Below are positions 7,570 through 15,686 of a stretch of DNA of 23,000 nucleotides, in pieces. Position 1 is the first letter of the stretch. Every line of letters starts with the position of its first letter. This DNA comes from an uncultured Pirellulaceae bacterium (GTDB lineage: Bacteria > Planctomycetota > Planctomycetia > Pirellulales > Pirellulaceae), in the NCBI GenBank assembly GCA_964415245.1, contig CAYQAJ010000050.1, positions 1 through 23,000 of the forward strand, given 5' to 3'. The notes beneath the pieces were generated by a model. The model saw only the letters and a program-made list of their open reading frames with translations, searched no databases and was not told the DNA's origin. Position numbers and translations under genes: made by a program.

Positions 7570-9156
7570 ATGCTCCGACCCACGACGATTCTGCTGCTGC
7601 TCATCGCGGCGCAACCGGCTGCGGCCGCGACCATCCGCGTGCCGCAGGACCACAAAACGATTCAAGCCGCCATCGATGCGGCCGAGCCGGGCGACACCGT
7701 GCTGGTAAGCCCGGGCCGATTCACGGAGCGAATCGCGATTCGACCCGGGATAGCGGTTCGTAGTGCCGGCGACGAATCGCGAGGTAAGAGCGGACTGAAG
7801 CGGGCCGAGGCCACCATTCTCGACGGCGGCGGCAAAGAAGGCGATTCTCCAGGCGTCGTCATGGCCGAGGGGAGCACGCTGGACGGTTTCACAATCACCA
7901 ACGTGGGCGAGTACGACGAGGCGACCTGGCGAAAGCACTTCGAGTCGCACGGCGAAACACTGGGCGACGACGAAGGCACGGCGAATGCCGAGGGATCCAC
8001 TCCCGCCATCCGTGCTGAGAACGTGAATTGCACCGTCATCAACAACATAGTCCACGACAACGGCGACGTGGGAATCGCCGTGATCGGAAGCCAGGAGCGC
8101 CGCGTGACTCCACTCGTTGCCGAGAACGTCGCCTTTCGCAATCTCGGCGGAGGAATCGGCGTGGCCGACCATGCCGAGCCGATCGTCCAAAGCAACATCT
8201 GCTACGAAAACCTGCGGGCCGGTATCGGTTGCCGTAATGCCAGCCCGTTCGTTCTCGACAACGAGTGTCACAACAACGTCCGGGCGGGCATCGGCTGCCG
8301 CGAGGGCGCGAGACCAATCGTGCGGGGCAACACATGCTACGGGAATCGGCGAGCGGGCATCGGCGTCGCTCTGGAGGGTACGGCCCCGGTCGTCGAAGAC
8401 AACGAGTGCTACGAGAACGACATGGCGGGCATCGGCAGCCGCGATGGAGCCGAACCCATCCTCCGCAACAACCAATGTTATCGGAACAAAATGGCCGGCA
8501 TCGGCTGCGACGGCTCCCGGCCGCTCATCGTGGGCAACGAATGTCGCGAGAACGAGATGGCGGGGATCGGGATGCGCGGCGGAGCGACGGCGACGATCCA
8601 GAACAACCGGTGCATCGAAAACAAGCTAGTGGCCCTCGGAGTTACGCAAGGCTCCACCGCGACCGTCAGCGGCAACCACTTTGTACGAACGGGCGGCGTG
8701 CCCCCCCTCATCGCCGTGAAGCATGGCTCGACTGCACTGCTGCGGGACAACGAAATCGAGGGGGGCGGAGTCGCGGCCGTTCTGGTGCAAGGGATGGCAA
8801 CCGTGGCCGACAACCAATTCCAAGGCCAGGGTGAGAAACAAGGCACCGCCGTGTGGGTGTGGCAAGGATCAACGGCCACCGTCTCCGGCAATTCCTTCGG
8901 CGGTTACCGGGCAGCCGTCGATGCGACCCAGGCGAGCGTGGTCGTCACGAACAACATCGTGCGAGGTGCGGGCGGTCCGGCGATCATCGTCAGGGACAGC
9001 CCCGAGCCGGCCCACGTCTTTGCCAACACCGTCATCTCGAAAGACGAGAATGCGGTGGTCGTAGAGATTCAAGGACCGAGCGGCGTCGTGGCCGAAAACG
9101 TGGTGCAAGCCGAAGAGGCCGGCGACCGCGCAGAGTCGGGTGATAGCGCAGAGTAA
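7570..9156 (+). CDS. Secreted right-handed parallel beta-helix (PbH1) repeat protein
   Basis: Strong SD AGGAGGA 8 nt upstream. The signal peptide is MLRPTTILLLLIAAQPAAAATIRVP. The N-terminal region resembles a pectate-lyase-type beta-helix (IQAAIDAAEPGDTVLVSPGRF). It then has at least 6 tandem 22-24-aa repeats of N.C..N.(R/M)AGIG. Confidence 0.85.
   Translation: MLRPTTILLLLIAAQPAAAATIRVPQDHKTIQAAIDAAEPGDTVLVSPGRFTERIAIRPGIAVRSAGDESRGKSGLKRAEATILDGGGKEGDSPGVVMAEGSTLDGFTITNVGEYDEATWRKHFESHGETLGDDEGTANAEGSTPAIRAENVNCTVINNIVHDNGDVGIAVIGSQERRVTPLVAENVAFRNLGGGIGVADHAEPIVQSNICYENLRAGIGCRNASPFVLDNECHNNVRAGIGCREGARPIVRGNTCYGNRRAGIGVALEGTAPVVEDNECYENDMAGIGSRDGAEPILRNNQCYRNKMAGIGCDGSRPLIVGNECRENEMAGIGMRGGATATIQNNRCIENKLVALGVTQGSTATVSGNHFVRTGGVPPLIAVKHGSTALLRDNEIEGGGVAAVLVQGMATVADNQFQGQGEKQGTAVWVWQGSTATVSGNSFGGYRAAVDATQASVVVTNNIVRGAGGPAIIVRDSPEPAHVFANTVISKDENAVVVEIQGPSGVVAENVVQAEEAGDRAESGDSAE
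8194..8625 (+). repeat. In-frame tandem ~69-bp coding repeats (>=6 units) inside the beta-helix gene
   Basis: Units: NICYENLRAGIGCRNASPFVLD / NECHNNVRAGIGCREGARPIVRG / NTCYGNRRAGIGVALEGTAPVVED / NECYENDMAGIGSRDGAEPILRN / NQCYRNKMAGIGCDGSRPLIVG / NECRENEMAGIGMRGGATATIQN. Confidence 0.7.
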
Positions 9157-9251
9157 GCTCGATGGGCGGATGGCGGCGTTGGGCGTGCCGTCCTCTTGCC
9201 CCGAACGCCTCTCGCGCATGCCCAGATCGAGCTCCGGGGCGCGAGCGAAAG

Positions 9252-10064
9252 TCACCTTCCCCGTCCGCTGCTGACGCACAACTCTTGGTACACGTCGTCG
9301 ATGGTCCGCTCGTCGATGTGCGACAGGCCCTGGCCCGCGCCGGCCAGGAGCGCTAGGTCGGCCATCTGGCTGATACGGCGGGGCACGCCGCTGCACAGCT
9401 CGTGCAGCCGCGATGCGGCCGGCGGATCGAACGTAGGCGAGCGGCGACCGGCCCGCTCCAGACTGGTGGAGAGATAGCGGCTGGTGTCGGTTTCGTCCCA
9501 CGGCTCCAGCTCGATTCGCAACTCGGCCAGACCGAGCAGCCGTTCGCCCAGGTGCTTTTCGCGACCGCTGCGGGATGCCAGCGCCACAACGACGCGGGCA
9601 TCGGGCGACGAATCGGCCTGCACCATCCGCAACACGAGCATGAGCACTTCGGTCGGCGCTTCGTCGGCGTCGTCCAATAGCAGCACGGTAGCGATTTGCT
9701 GGCAGCGGTTCTCGACGAAGCGATCACACAGCCGCCGCCACAGGGAAAACGTGGGTTCGTCCAGCCCAGGGTTGAGGCCGAGCTGCGCGGCGGTCGACCA
9801 GAGCAGCTCGCGCTCGTCGATGCCCAACAGGCCGACCAAGGCGACTTGCCGACCCTCTCGCCGCTGCTGCCGGGCGAACACTTCGAGCACCAGCGATTTG
9901 CCACTGCCGGCCGCTCCCTGCACGATGCCCAGGCGGCGATGGTGCTCGACCAGAAAGTCGAGCCGGGCCAGCGCTTCATCATGCGTGGGGCTTTGGAAGA
10001 AGTAGCTCGGGTCGAGGGCCGCGCGAAACGGCGACTCCTTCAGGGCGGTTTGCGTTTCTTGCAT
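9252..10064 (-). CDS. ExeA/GspA-like AAA ATPase (AAA_22 family)
   Basis: 270-aa ORF. The N-terminus is PFRAALDPSYFFQSPTHDEALARLDFLVEHHRRLGIVQGAAGSGKS (Walker A) and LLLDDADE is the Walker B. This architecture is typical of ExeA-like secretion-associated ATPases. Confidence 0.8.
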   Translation of the reverse strand: MQETQTALKESPFRAALDPSYFFQSPTHDEALARLDFLVEHHRRLGIVQGAAGSGKSLVLEVFARQQRREGRQVALVGLLGIDERELLWSTAAQLGLNPGLDEPTFSLWRRLCDRFVENRCQQIATVLLLDDADEAPTEVLMLVLRMVQADSSPDARVVVALASRSGREKHLGERLLGLAELRIELEPWDETDTSRYLSTSLERAGRRSPTFDPPAASRLHELCSGVPRRISQMADLALLAGAGQGLSHIDERTIDDVYQELCVSSGRGR

Positions 10065-10220
10065 GAGCGTAATCTCCCTGGCGGCGCGGTCCCGTTCACT
10101 CCGTCGTCAGGCACAGCCTGACCTACCTGTTGGCGGCGCGAGCCATCCCCGGCCCGGCCGCATATCCGGTATCCTTTACCTCATCGGTACAACCGTCAGT
10201 CTTTCTTCACACAAACGCTT

Positions 10221-10964
10221 ATGTCCGAACGGTTTTACAGCCGCCAGCCGCTGGGGATTGGCCCCGCTTCGCTCGACGGCGATGAAGCTCAGCACCTGGC
10301 TCGCGTGATGCGGGCCAAGGTGGGAGATGAGGTGGCGTTGTTCGACGGCAGCGGTGCGGAGTTTATCGCGCGAATCAGTGCGATCGGACACCGCCGCATC
10401 GAGTTGGATGTGCGCGAGCGGCGCGAGATTGACCGCGAGTTGCGTGTGCGGCTCACGCTGGCCGTGGCACTGCCGCGAGGCGAGCGGCAGCGATGGCTCG
10501 TCGAGAAAGCAACGGAGCTGGGCGCGGCGGCACTCGTGCCCTTGGTCACAGAGCGGAGCGTGGCAAAGCCCAGCGAGAAGGGACTCGAGCGATTGCGACG
10601 CACCGTCGTCGAAGCGTCGAAGCAGTGTGGCCGCAACAAGCTGATGGAGGTTGCGCCGCCGGCCGACGTGTGCGAGTTTTTGGCCAGCGCGCCGCGCGAG
10701 GTGATTCGATGGATGGCGCAGCCGAGCAGAGATTCTGCCACGTCCGAAGGCGGCGGTTCGACCATTCCTATCGCCGACCGTATGCGTGCCGCATGCGGCG
10801 CCGATCACGTCATCGCGGCCATTGGCCCCGAGGGTGGATTCGCGCCGCGCGAAGTCGAGGCGGCGTGCACAGCCGGCTGGGAGCTGATCGACCTGGGCCG
10901 ACGCACGCTCCGCGTCGAAACGGCGGCGGCGCTGATCGCGGCGATCGTGAGCACACTCGGGTAG
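10221..10964 (+). CDS. rsmE: 16S rRNA (uracil1498-N3)-methyltransferase
   Basis: 247-aa ORF. The RsmE architecture is an N-terminal PUA-like domain (FYSRQPL...GDEAQHLARVMRAKVGDEVALFDG) plus a C-terminal SPOUT domain with IGPEGGFAPREVE. Confidence 0.9.
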   Translation: MSERFYSRQPLGIGPASLDGDEAQHLARVMRAKVGDEVALFDGSGAEFIARISAIGHRRIELDVRERREIDRELRVRLTLAVALPRGERQRWLVEKATELGAAALVPLVTERSVAKPSEKGLERLRRTVVEASKQCGRNKLMEVAPPADVCEFLASAPREVIRWMAQPSRDSATSEGGGSTIPIADRMRAACGADHVIAAIGPEGGFAPREVEAACTAGWELIDLGRRTLRVETAAALIAAIVSTLG

Positions 10965-10978
10965 GAACCTGAAGCGCG

Positions 10979-11083
10979 TTGTGGCCGGTCTCCCGACCGC
11001 GCCACGACCGCCGACCGCAGGTCTCAAGGCGGGAGACCTACGGTCGTGCGTTTCGGCGAGGTCGGGAGACCCGCGCCGAACAA
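10979..11083. repeat. Copy A of a GGTCTCCCGACCG-type palindromic intergenic repeat (the most degenerate copy)
   Basis: ttgtggccGGTCTCCCGACCGcgccac ... caGGTCTCaaggcgGGAGACCtacggtcg ... aGGTCGGGAGACCcgcgccgaacaa. It shares the terminal motif and its complement with the copies at 13920-13996 and 19792-19879. Confidence 0.55.
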
Positions 11084-11102
11084 GAGACCCGCGCCGAACA
11101 AG
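11067..11102. repeat. Perfect 18-bp direct tandem duplication (AGACCCGCGCCGAACAAG x2) at the 3' edge of repeat copy A
   Basis: Read directly from the sequence at 11067-11084 and 11085-11102. Confidence 0.85.
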
Positions 11103-11128
11103 CCGCGGCCGCCTCGTTTCAGCGGCCA

Positions 11129-11154
11129 AGGTCCTGCTCGGCAAGCAGGACCTA
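11129..11154. terminator. Perfect 10-bp stem / 6-nt loop hairpin (AGGTCCTGCT cggcaa AGCAGGACCT) between convergent rsmE and the flotillin gene; candidate bidirectional intrinsic terminator without a U-tract
   Basis: The palindrome is read directly from the sequence. It sits 22 nt downstream of the flotillin stop on the minus strand and about 165 nt downstream of the rsmE stop. No T/A run flanks it on either strand. Confidence 0.4.
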
Positions 11155-11175
11155 CTCGTCTCGCCGCGTCGGCGA

Positions 11176-12828
11176 TCACGCCTCTTCGCTCTTGGGTCCC
11201 TCGGCCGGACGCGTTGCCGCTCTGCCGGCGCTGCCGGCGGCGCCGCCGCGTCGCGCGACTGGCTGCGATCCGCCGTTGGCCTCGTTGTCGCCGGTGAACT
11301 TGACCAGCGACTCCGGCAGCTCGACACCGCCGATGTCGCGCATCACCTGCAGCATGGGAGGCAGCGTCTTGGCCATGCCGCTGAGGAAGTCGGCCGTGCT
11401 CGATCGACCATTGCGGCCGCCGTTCTCCCACACCACGACCTTATCAAACTTGATGTTCGAGATCGCGCGGCTGGAAGCCTCGGCCAGGTTGTCGAGGTGT
11501 TCGAGCATGAGGATCTGGAACGCCTCGTGGCTGCCGCCGCAGGCCTCGATGATGCGACGCAGACCATCGCCCTTCTTGGCCAGGATTTCGAACTGGCCGC
11601 GAGCCTCCGCGTCGAGCCGGGCGAAAATGGCGTCGGCGTCGGCTCGGGCGGCGATGCGCACTCGCTCGGCCTCGGCTTCGGCGTCGACGATCTTCTTGGC
11701 TTTCTCGGCCTTGGCGGGCGCTTCGAGCTTGGCACGCTGCTCGGCTTCCACGCGTCCGGCTTCGGCCAGGGCGGCCTTGGCCATGGCGCGGTTCTGCACT
11801 TCGAGCACGGCGGCTTCGGCCTCGCGCTTTCGTCCTTCGCCCATCTGATAGGCTTCGGCGCGCCGCACGGCCAACTCGGCCTGCGACGCGGCGACGCGGG
11901 CCTGGGCCTGGTTTTCGCCGTCGATGGCGTCAGCGTCGGCGCCGGAAACCTGAATCCGCATTTCGCGCTCGGCGTTCTTCACCTGCGCTTCGCGCTGGAA
12001 AGCCGCGCTCTGCTCGCCGACCACCTGCTCTTTTTCCAACAGGGCGACCTGCACCGCCTGTTCCCGCTGGGCTTCGCGGGTGCCGATGGCCTGCTCCTTG
12101 CGGGCATTGGCCACCTGAATCGACTTGTCGCGCTCGGCCGAAGCCACGCGCGTTTCGCCCATCCGTTCGTTGTCGGCCACGTCGCCGCGGGCCTTTTGGA
12201 TGGCCTCCGAAGCGGCCTTCTGGCCGATGGCGTCGATGTAGCCCGACTCGTCCGTGATGTCGGTGATGTTCACGTTGATGAGCTGCAAGCCGATCTTGTT
12301 CAATTCGGGCTCGAGCGAATGTTGAATGTGCTGCAGGAAGGTGTCGCGGTCGCGATTGATCTCGTGAATCTGCATCGAGGCGATCACCTGGCGCAATTGG
12401 CCGAAAATGATTTCCTCGGCCTGCTTGCGCATCTCGGAGACCGACAGACCCAGCAAACGGATGGCGGCGTTCTGCATCACCGACGGCTTGGTGTCGATGG
12501 CCACGGTGAACACGCTGGGGACGTTGACGCGGATGTTCTCGGCCGACAGCGCGCCGCGTAGCGGCACCTCGATCTGAATCGGTTCGAGGCTGAGGTAGGC
12601 GTAGTCCTGCACCAGCGGAATCACGAAGGCGGCACCGCCATGAATGGTGTTGGCGGCCTGTCCTTTTTTCGTCTTGCCGTAGATCACCAACACGCGGTTG
12701 CTGGGGCAGCGCTTGTACTGCTTGACCAGCAGCATGAACAAGCTGAAGAGGACGATCACGACGGCGATCAGGCCGATGCCGAGGTACGTTACCCACGGTT
12801 CTATCGCCAACAGCATGAAGCTCGACAT
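11176..12828 (-). CDS. Flotillin-like SPFH/band-7 protein (YqiK/FloT-like)
   Basis: 550-aa ORF. It has an N-terminal TM segment, an SPFH domain (RVLVIYGKTKKG...IQIEVPLRGALSAENIRVNVPSVFTVAI) and a long Ala/Glu-rich coiled-coil (EAQREQAVQVALLEKEQ...). A strong SD GGGGGAGGAA lies 8 nt upstream. Confidence 0.9.
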   Translation of the reverse strand: MSSFMLLAIEPWVTYLGIGLIAVVIVLFSLFMLLVKQYKRCPSNRVLVIYGKTKKGQAANTIHGGAAFVIPLVQDYAYLSLEPIQIEVPLRGALSAENIRVNVPSVFTVAIDTKPSVMQNAAIRLLGLSVSEMRKQAEEIIFGQLRQVIASMQIHEINRDRDTFLQHIQHSLEPELNKIGLQLINVNITDITDESGYIDAIGQKAASEAIQKARGDVADNERMGETRVASAERDKSIQVANARKEQAIGTREAQREQAVQVALLEKEQVVGEQSAAFQREAQVKNAEREMRIQVSGADADAIDGENQAQARVAASQAELAVRRAEAYQMGEGRKREAEAAVLEVQNRAMAKAALAEAGRVEAEQRAKLEAPAKAEKAKKIVDAEAEAERVRIAARADADAIFARLDAEARGQFEILAKKGDGLRRIIEACGGSHEAFQILMLEHLDNLAEASSRAISNIKFDKVVVWENGGRNGRSSTADFLSGMAKTLPPMLQVMRDIGGVELPESLVKFTGDNEANGGSQPVARRGGAAGSAGRAATRPAEGPKSEEA

Positions 12829-12918
12829 GGACCGGTTCCTCCCCCGTTTGAATAAGCAGTCGCGCTGACCGACACGGCGCGATAACGTGCGCGCGTGCGA
12901 CGTGCAGCAGGCGGCTCG

Positions 12919-13572
12919 TTACGATTTCGACGCTTCGACCGGCATCGGAGCCGGCTCGACTTCCAGCGTGTTTTCCCCCACCACGGCGACTACGACAACC
13001 TTAGCACCCGTGGGGAGCGCCTCGGCGGCGCCGGTGATTGCTTCGTACTCAATAAGCCGGTTTTGCAGGTTGATCTGGATTTTGCCGGCGGACTTCCTGT
13101 TGGCCGAAATCGGAATGTAGACCGTGCCGGTGTGCCCGACCGCCCGGTCGATGCGCACCGTGCCGTCGGTGCTGAGCTTGTATAACGACCGCATCAGAAA
13201 GTGGACGCCGTACATGGCCGCCACGCCGCTCACCAGCGCGATCAGCAGTTGGGCGACGAGCGGCAGGTTGGCCGACTGGGCCGCCAGCCCCGCCAGGCCA
13301 AAGAACGTCGAGGCTGCCACCAACGTGCGGAAACTGATTACGCCGAACAGCCAAGTGGAGCCGTGTCCGCCGGCGGCATCATGGCCGTCGACCGACACGT
13401 CGTGACCCACGTCGCCCACGTGACCCACGTCGCCGATGCCGCCGACGTCCCCCGCGTCGCCAACGTCGAGCGAAGCGTCGCCGTGATCGCCCATCCCAAT
13501 GATCGTCAGCACGAACTGGCAGACCAGGATCGTGCCGCCCAGAATGGCGCAAACCATGAACACCAAATACAT
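12919..13572 (-). CDS. NfeD-like membrane protein (YqiJ-like) encoded upstream of the flotillin gene, with a His/Asp-rich GDVGH repeat region
   Basis: 217-aa ORF with N-terminal TM helices, a repeat tract and a C-terminal OB-fold-like region (GTVYIPISANRKSAGKIQIN...). It sits in the canonical nfeD-flotillin pair with the next gene, 90 bp away on the same strand. Confidence 0.75.
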   Translation of the reverse strand: MYLVFMVCAILGGTILVCQFVLTIIGMGDHGDASLDVGDAGDVGGIGDVGHVGDVGHDVSVDGHDAAGGHGSTWLFGVISFRTLVAASTFFGLAGLAAQSANLPLVAQLLIALVSGVAAMYGVHFLMRSLYKLSTDGTVRIDRAVGHTGTVYIPISANRKSAGKIQINLQNRLIEYEAITGAAEALPTGAKVVVVAVVGENTLEVEPAPMPVEASKS

Positions 13573-13919
13573 GGCGCTACCCCTTATGCGTGGCCGCGAT
13601 GAGTTCGGGTGGGGCGAGACGTCGCCAGGACGCTGCTACCCCTCATGCACTTGGCCGCGAAATGGTTCCAAGGGGTATTCGCTGCACCCGCCCCGATATT
13701 CCACCCCCCGGCATGTGCATCTTCCGGCACAAAACGGGGGATGTCAAACCACTTACGACCGGTATTTCCGGTTATTCAACCGCAAGGGCGGCAGCAGTTT
13801 GCGGTGGCATGCCGGAAAAGGCGGAATGCCGCGAGCGGGCGGTCGAAGTCGGGAGTCGGAGTTCGGAAATCGGGAACGAGCCCGACGCGTTAGCGAGAGG
13901 CGCAGCGAGTAAAGCCTTG

Positions 13920-13996
13920 TTGTGCTGCGGTCTCCCGACCGCGGCACTCGCCCGACCGAAAGTCTCCCGCGTCACGGTCGGGAGACCGTGCCACAA
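13920..13996. repeat. Copy B of the GGTCTCCCGACCG-type palindromic repeat
   Basis: TTGTGctgcGGTCTCCCGACCGcggcac tcgcccgaccgaaAGTCTCCCGcgtcaCGGTCGGGAGACCgtgcCACAA. The terminal ~22-bp arms are inverted complements. Confidence 0.6.
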
Positions 13997-14102
13997 CATG
14001 TGGAAGTTCACGCCAAAACGTGGCGCCAAGCGCTCCGCTTCGCTTCGCGGCTAACCGCTCTCTCCGGCTTTCGACTCTGGACACTCGACTCTTGACTCTC
14101 CG

Positions 14103-15578
14103 TCAGCTCTTCCAGCCGCGGGCGACTTCGACCAGCGTGCGCACGAACGCGCCGGTTCCGCCCGCGTCGATCCACGGTTTGGCATCGTCGAGGAAGGCGG
14201 GGCCGGCGATGTCGAGGTGCGTCCACGGTTTGCCGGCGACGAACTCCTCCAGAAACTTGGCGGCGGTGATCGCCCCGCCCCAACGTCCCTTGCCGATGTT
14301 CTTGATGTCGGCCACTTCGCTTTTGATCAGCTCGCCGTACTCGGGGAACATGGGAAGCTGCCACGCGGGCTCGCCGCACTTGCGGGCCGCGGCCAGCACG
14401 GTGTCGCACCACGACTGATCGTTGGTCATGGCGCCTACCACGTCGGTTCCCAGAGCCACCATGCACGAGCCAGTGAGCGTGGCCAAGTCGATGATCGAAT
14501 CGACCTTGAGATCGACCGCCACGCACAGCACGTCGGCCAGCACCAGCCGACCCTCGGCGTCGGTGTTGAGCACTTCGATCGTCTTGCCGTTGCGTGCGGT
14601 AAGCACGTCGCCCAGTTTGTAGGAATCGCCGCTGACCATATTCTCGACCAGGCCGGCCAGCCCGATCACGTTGACCGGCAGCTTGAGAAGGCCGATGGCC
14701 CGCATCGCACCGAGCACGGTCGCGGCGCCGGCCATGTCGCACTTCATGGTGGCCATGCTGTCCGACGGCTTGAGCGAAAGCCCTCCGGAATCGAACGTCA
14801 CTCCCTTGCCGACCAGTGCGAGCGTTGGTGCCTTTGCGCCCGTTGCGCCGGAATAGCGCATGATGACCAATCGCGGCTCGCGCGCCGAACCGCGAGCCAC
14901 GGCCAGCAACGATCCGCAGCGCTCCTTTTCCAGCCGCGCCTTGTCCCACGCTTCGACTTCAAAGCCGGCCTCGCGGCCGATGACCGCGGCCGTGTCGGCG
15001 AAAGCGGCGGGATTCATGTCGCTGGGCGGTTCGTTCACCAGGCGCCGAGTGAGGTTTACGCACTCGCCCAGCACGCGTCCCTCGATGATGGTCGCTTGAT
15101 TGGCCCCAGCCCAGTGAATCTCGTCGAACGGATACTGTTTCTTCTCGTGGCGATAGAGGTCCTGACCCTGGCATCCGACAATCGCGCCGCTGATACCAGC
15201 CGCTGCCACGTCGGCGGGCCAATTGAGGCCGAGATAAAACGCCACTTGGGGGCACGACTTGCCCGCCAGGGTCTTTGCTGCCCCCGCCGCCGCTTGGAAG
15301 GCAACTTCCCGCGTCAGTTCGGTTGCCGGGCCGAGTCCCGCCACCACGACCTTGAGCGCCTTGACGCCCGACGGAGCCAACAGCGTGGTGAACTGGCCTC
15401 GCTTGCCGGTGAACTCCTTGGCCTCGAACAATCGGGCCAGCGCGCCGCCAGTTGCTTCGTCGACTTGCCGCGCGGGACCCGAAATGACTTCGGCCGCCTT
15501 CGTTGCCTCGGCGACGCCCACGACCACGGCATCGGCTTCAATCTGCGTTACGGGGCGATTAGTGGAAAGAATCTTCAT
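14103..15578 (-). CDS. pepA: Leucyl aminopeptidase (M17 family)
   Basis: It contains the M17 signature NTDAEGRLVLAD and metal-ligand context (VGKGVTFDSGG). I prefer the ATG at 15578 (MKILSTN...) because the listed 15608 start is a TTG. Confidence 0.9.
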   Translation of the reverse strand: MKILSTNRPVTQIEADAVVVGVAEATKAAEVISGPARQVDEATGGALARLFEAKEFTGKRGQFTTLLAPSGVKALKVVVAGLGPATELTREVAFQAAAGAAKTLAGKSCPQVAFYLGLNWPADVAAAGISGAIVGCQGQDLYRHEKKQYPFDEIHWAGANQATIIEGRVLGECVNLTRRLVNEPPSDMNPAAFADTAAVIGREAGFEVEAWDKARLEKERCGSLLAVARGSAREPRLVIMRYSGATGAKAPTLALVGKGVTFDSGGLSLKPSDSMATMKCDMAGAATVLGAMRAIGLLKLPVNVIGLAGLVENMVSGDSYKLGDVLTARNGKTIEVLNTDAEGRLVLADVLCVAVDLKVDSIIDLATLTGSCMVALGTDVVGAMTNDQSWCDTVLAAARKCGEPAWQLPMFPEYGELIKSEVADIKNIGKGRWGGAITAAKFLEEFVAGKPWTHLDIAGPAFLDDAKPWIDAGGTGAFVRTLVEVARGWKS

Positions 15579-15686
15579 GGTTGGGTCTCTAGCTGAAAAT
15601 GCCGTCAAAATATGCGTGCCTGTTTCGCTTAGCGACAGCGCGTTATTTTAGTGACTCGCGTGTAGCAATCCCAGAAGGGGCGGGCC

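Noticed and set aside
7516-8475. 319-aa minus-strand ORF (and several 100-200-aa ORFs on both strands) overlapping the beta-helix gene
   Set aside because: The + frame has a signal peptide, a strong SD and an ordered 23-aa repeat architecture. The antisense frames are Arg/Ala-rich low-complexity sequence, which is typical of GC-driven artefacts.
8194-8625. Tandem ~69-bp repeats considered as a possible CRISPR array or non-coding satellite
   Set aside because: The units are in-frame, variable in sequence and encode a regular N.C..N..AGIG beta-helix rung. There are no identical direct repeats with unique spacers.
10176-12561. Long ORFs 10176..11327 (-), 10981..12561 (+) and 11930..12796 (-) overlapping rsmE and the flotillin gene
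   Set aside because: rsmE (+) and flotillin (-) have unambiguous family signatures. The others are Arg/Gly-rich artefacts. The 10981.. ORF also reads through the intergenic repeat and the hairpin.
14217-15596. 459-aa + strand ORF overlapping pepA
   Set aside because: The minus frame contains the M17 signature NTDAEGRL. The + frame has no motifs.
15579-15686. AT-richer tract (cgttattttagtgactcgcgtgtagcaat) between divergent pepA and ubiD as a defined promoter
   Set aside because: Plausible -10-like hexamers are present (TAGCAA, TATTTT) but no consistent -35/-10 spacing could be established, so no specific call is made.
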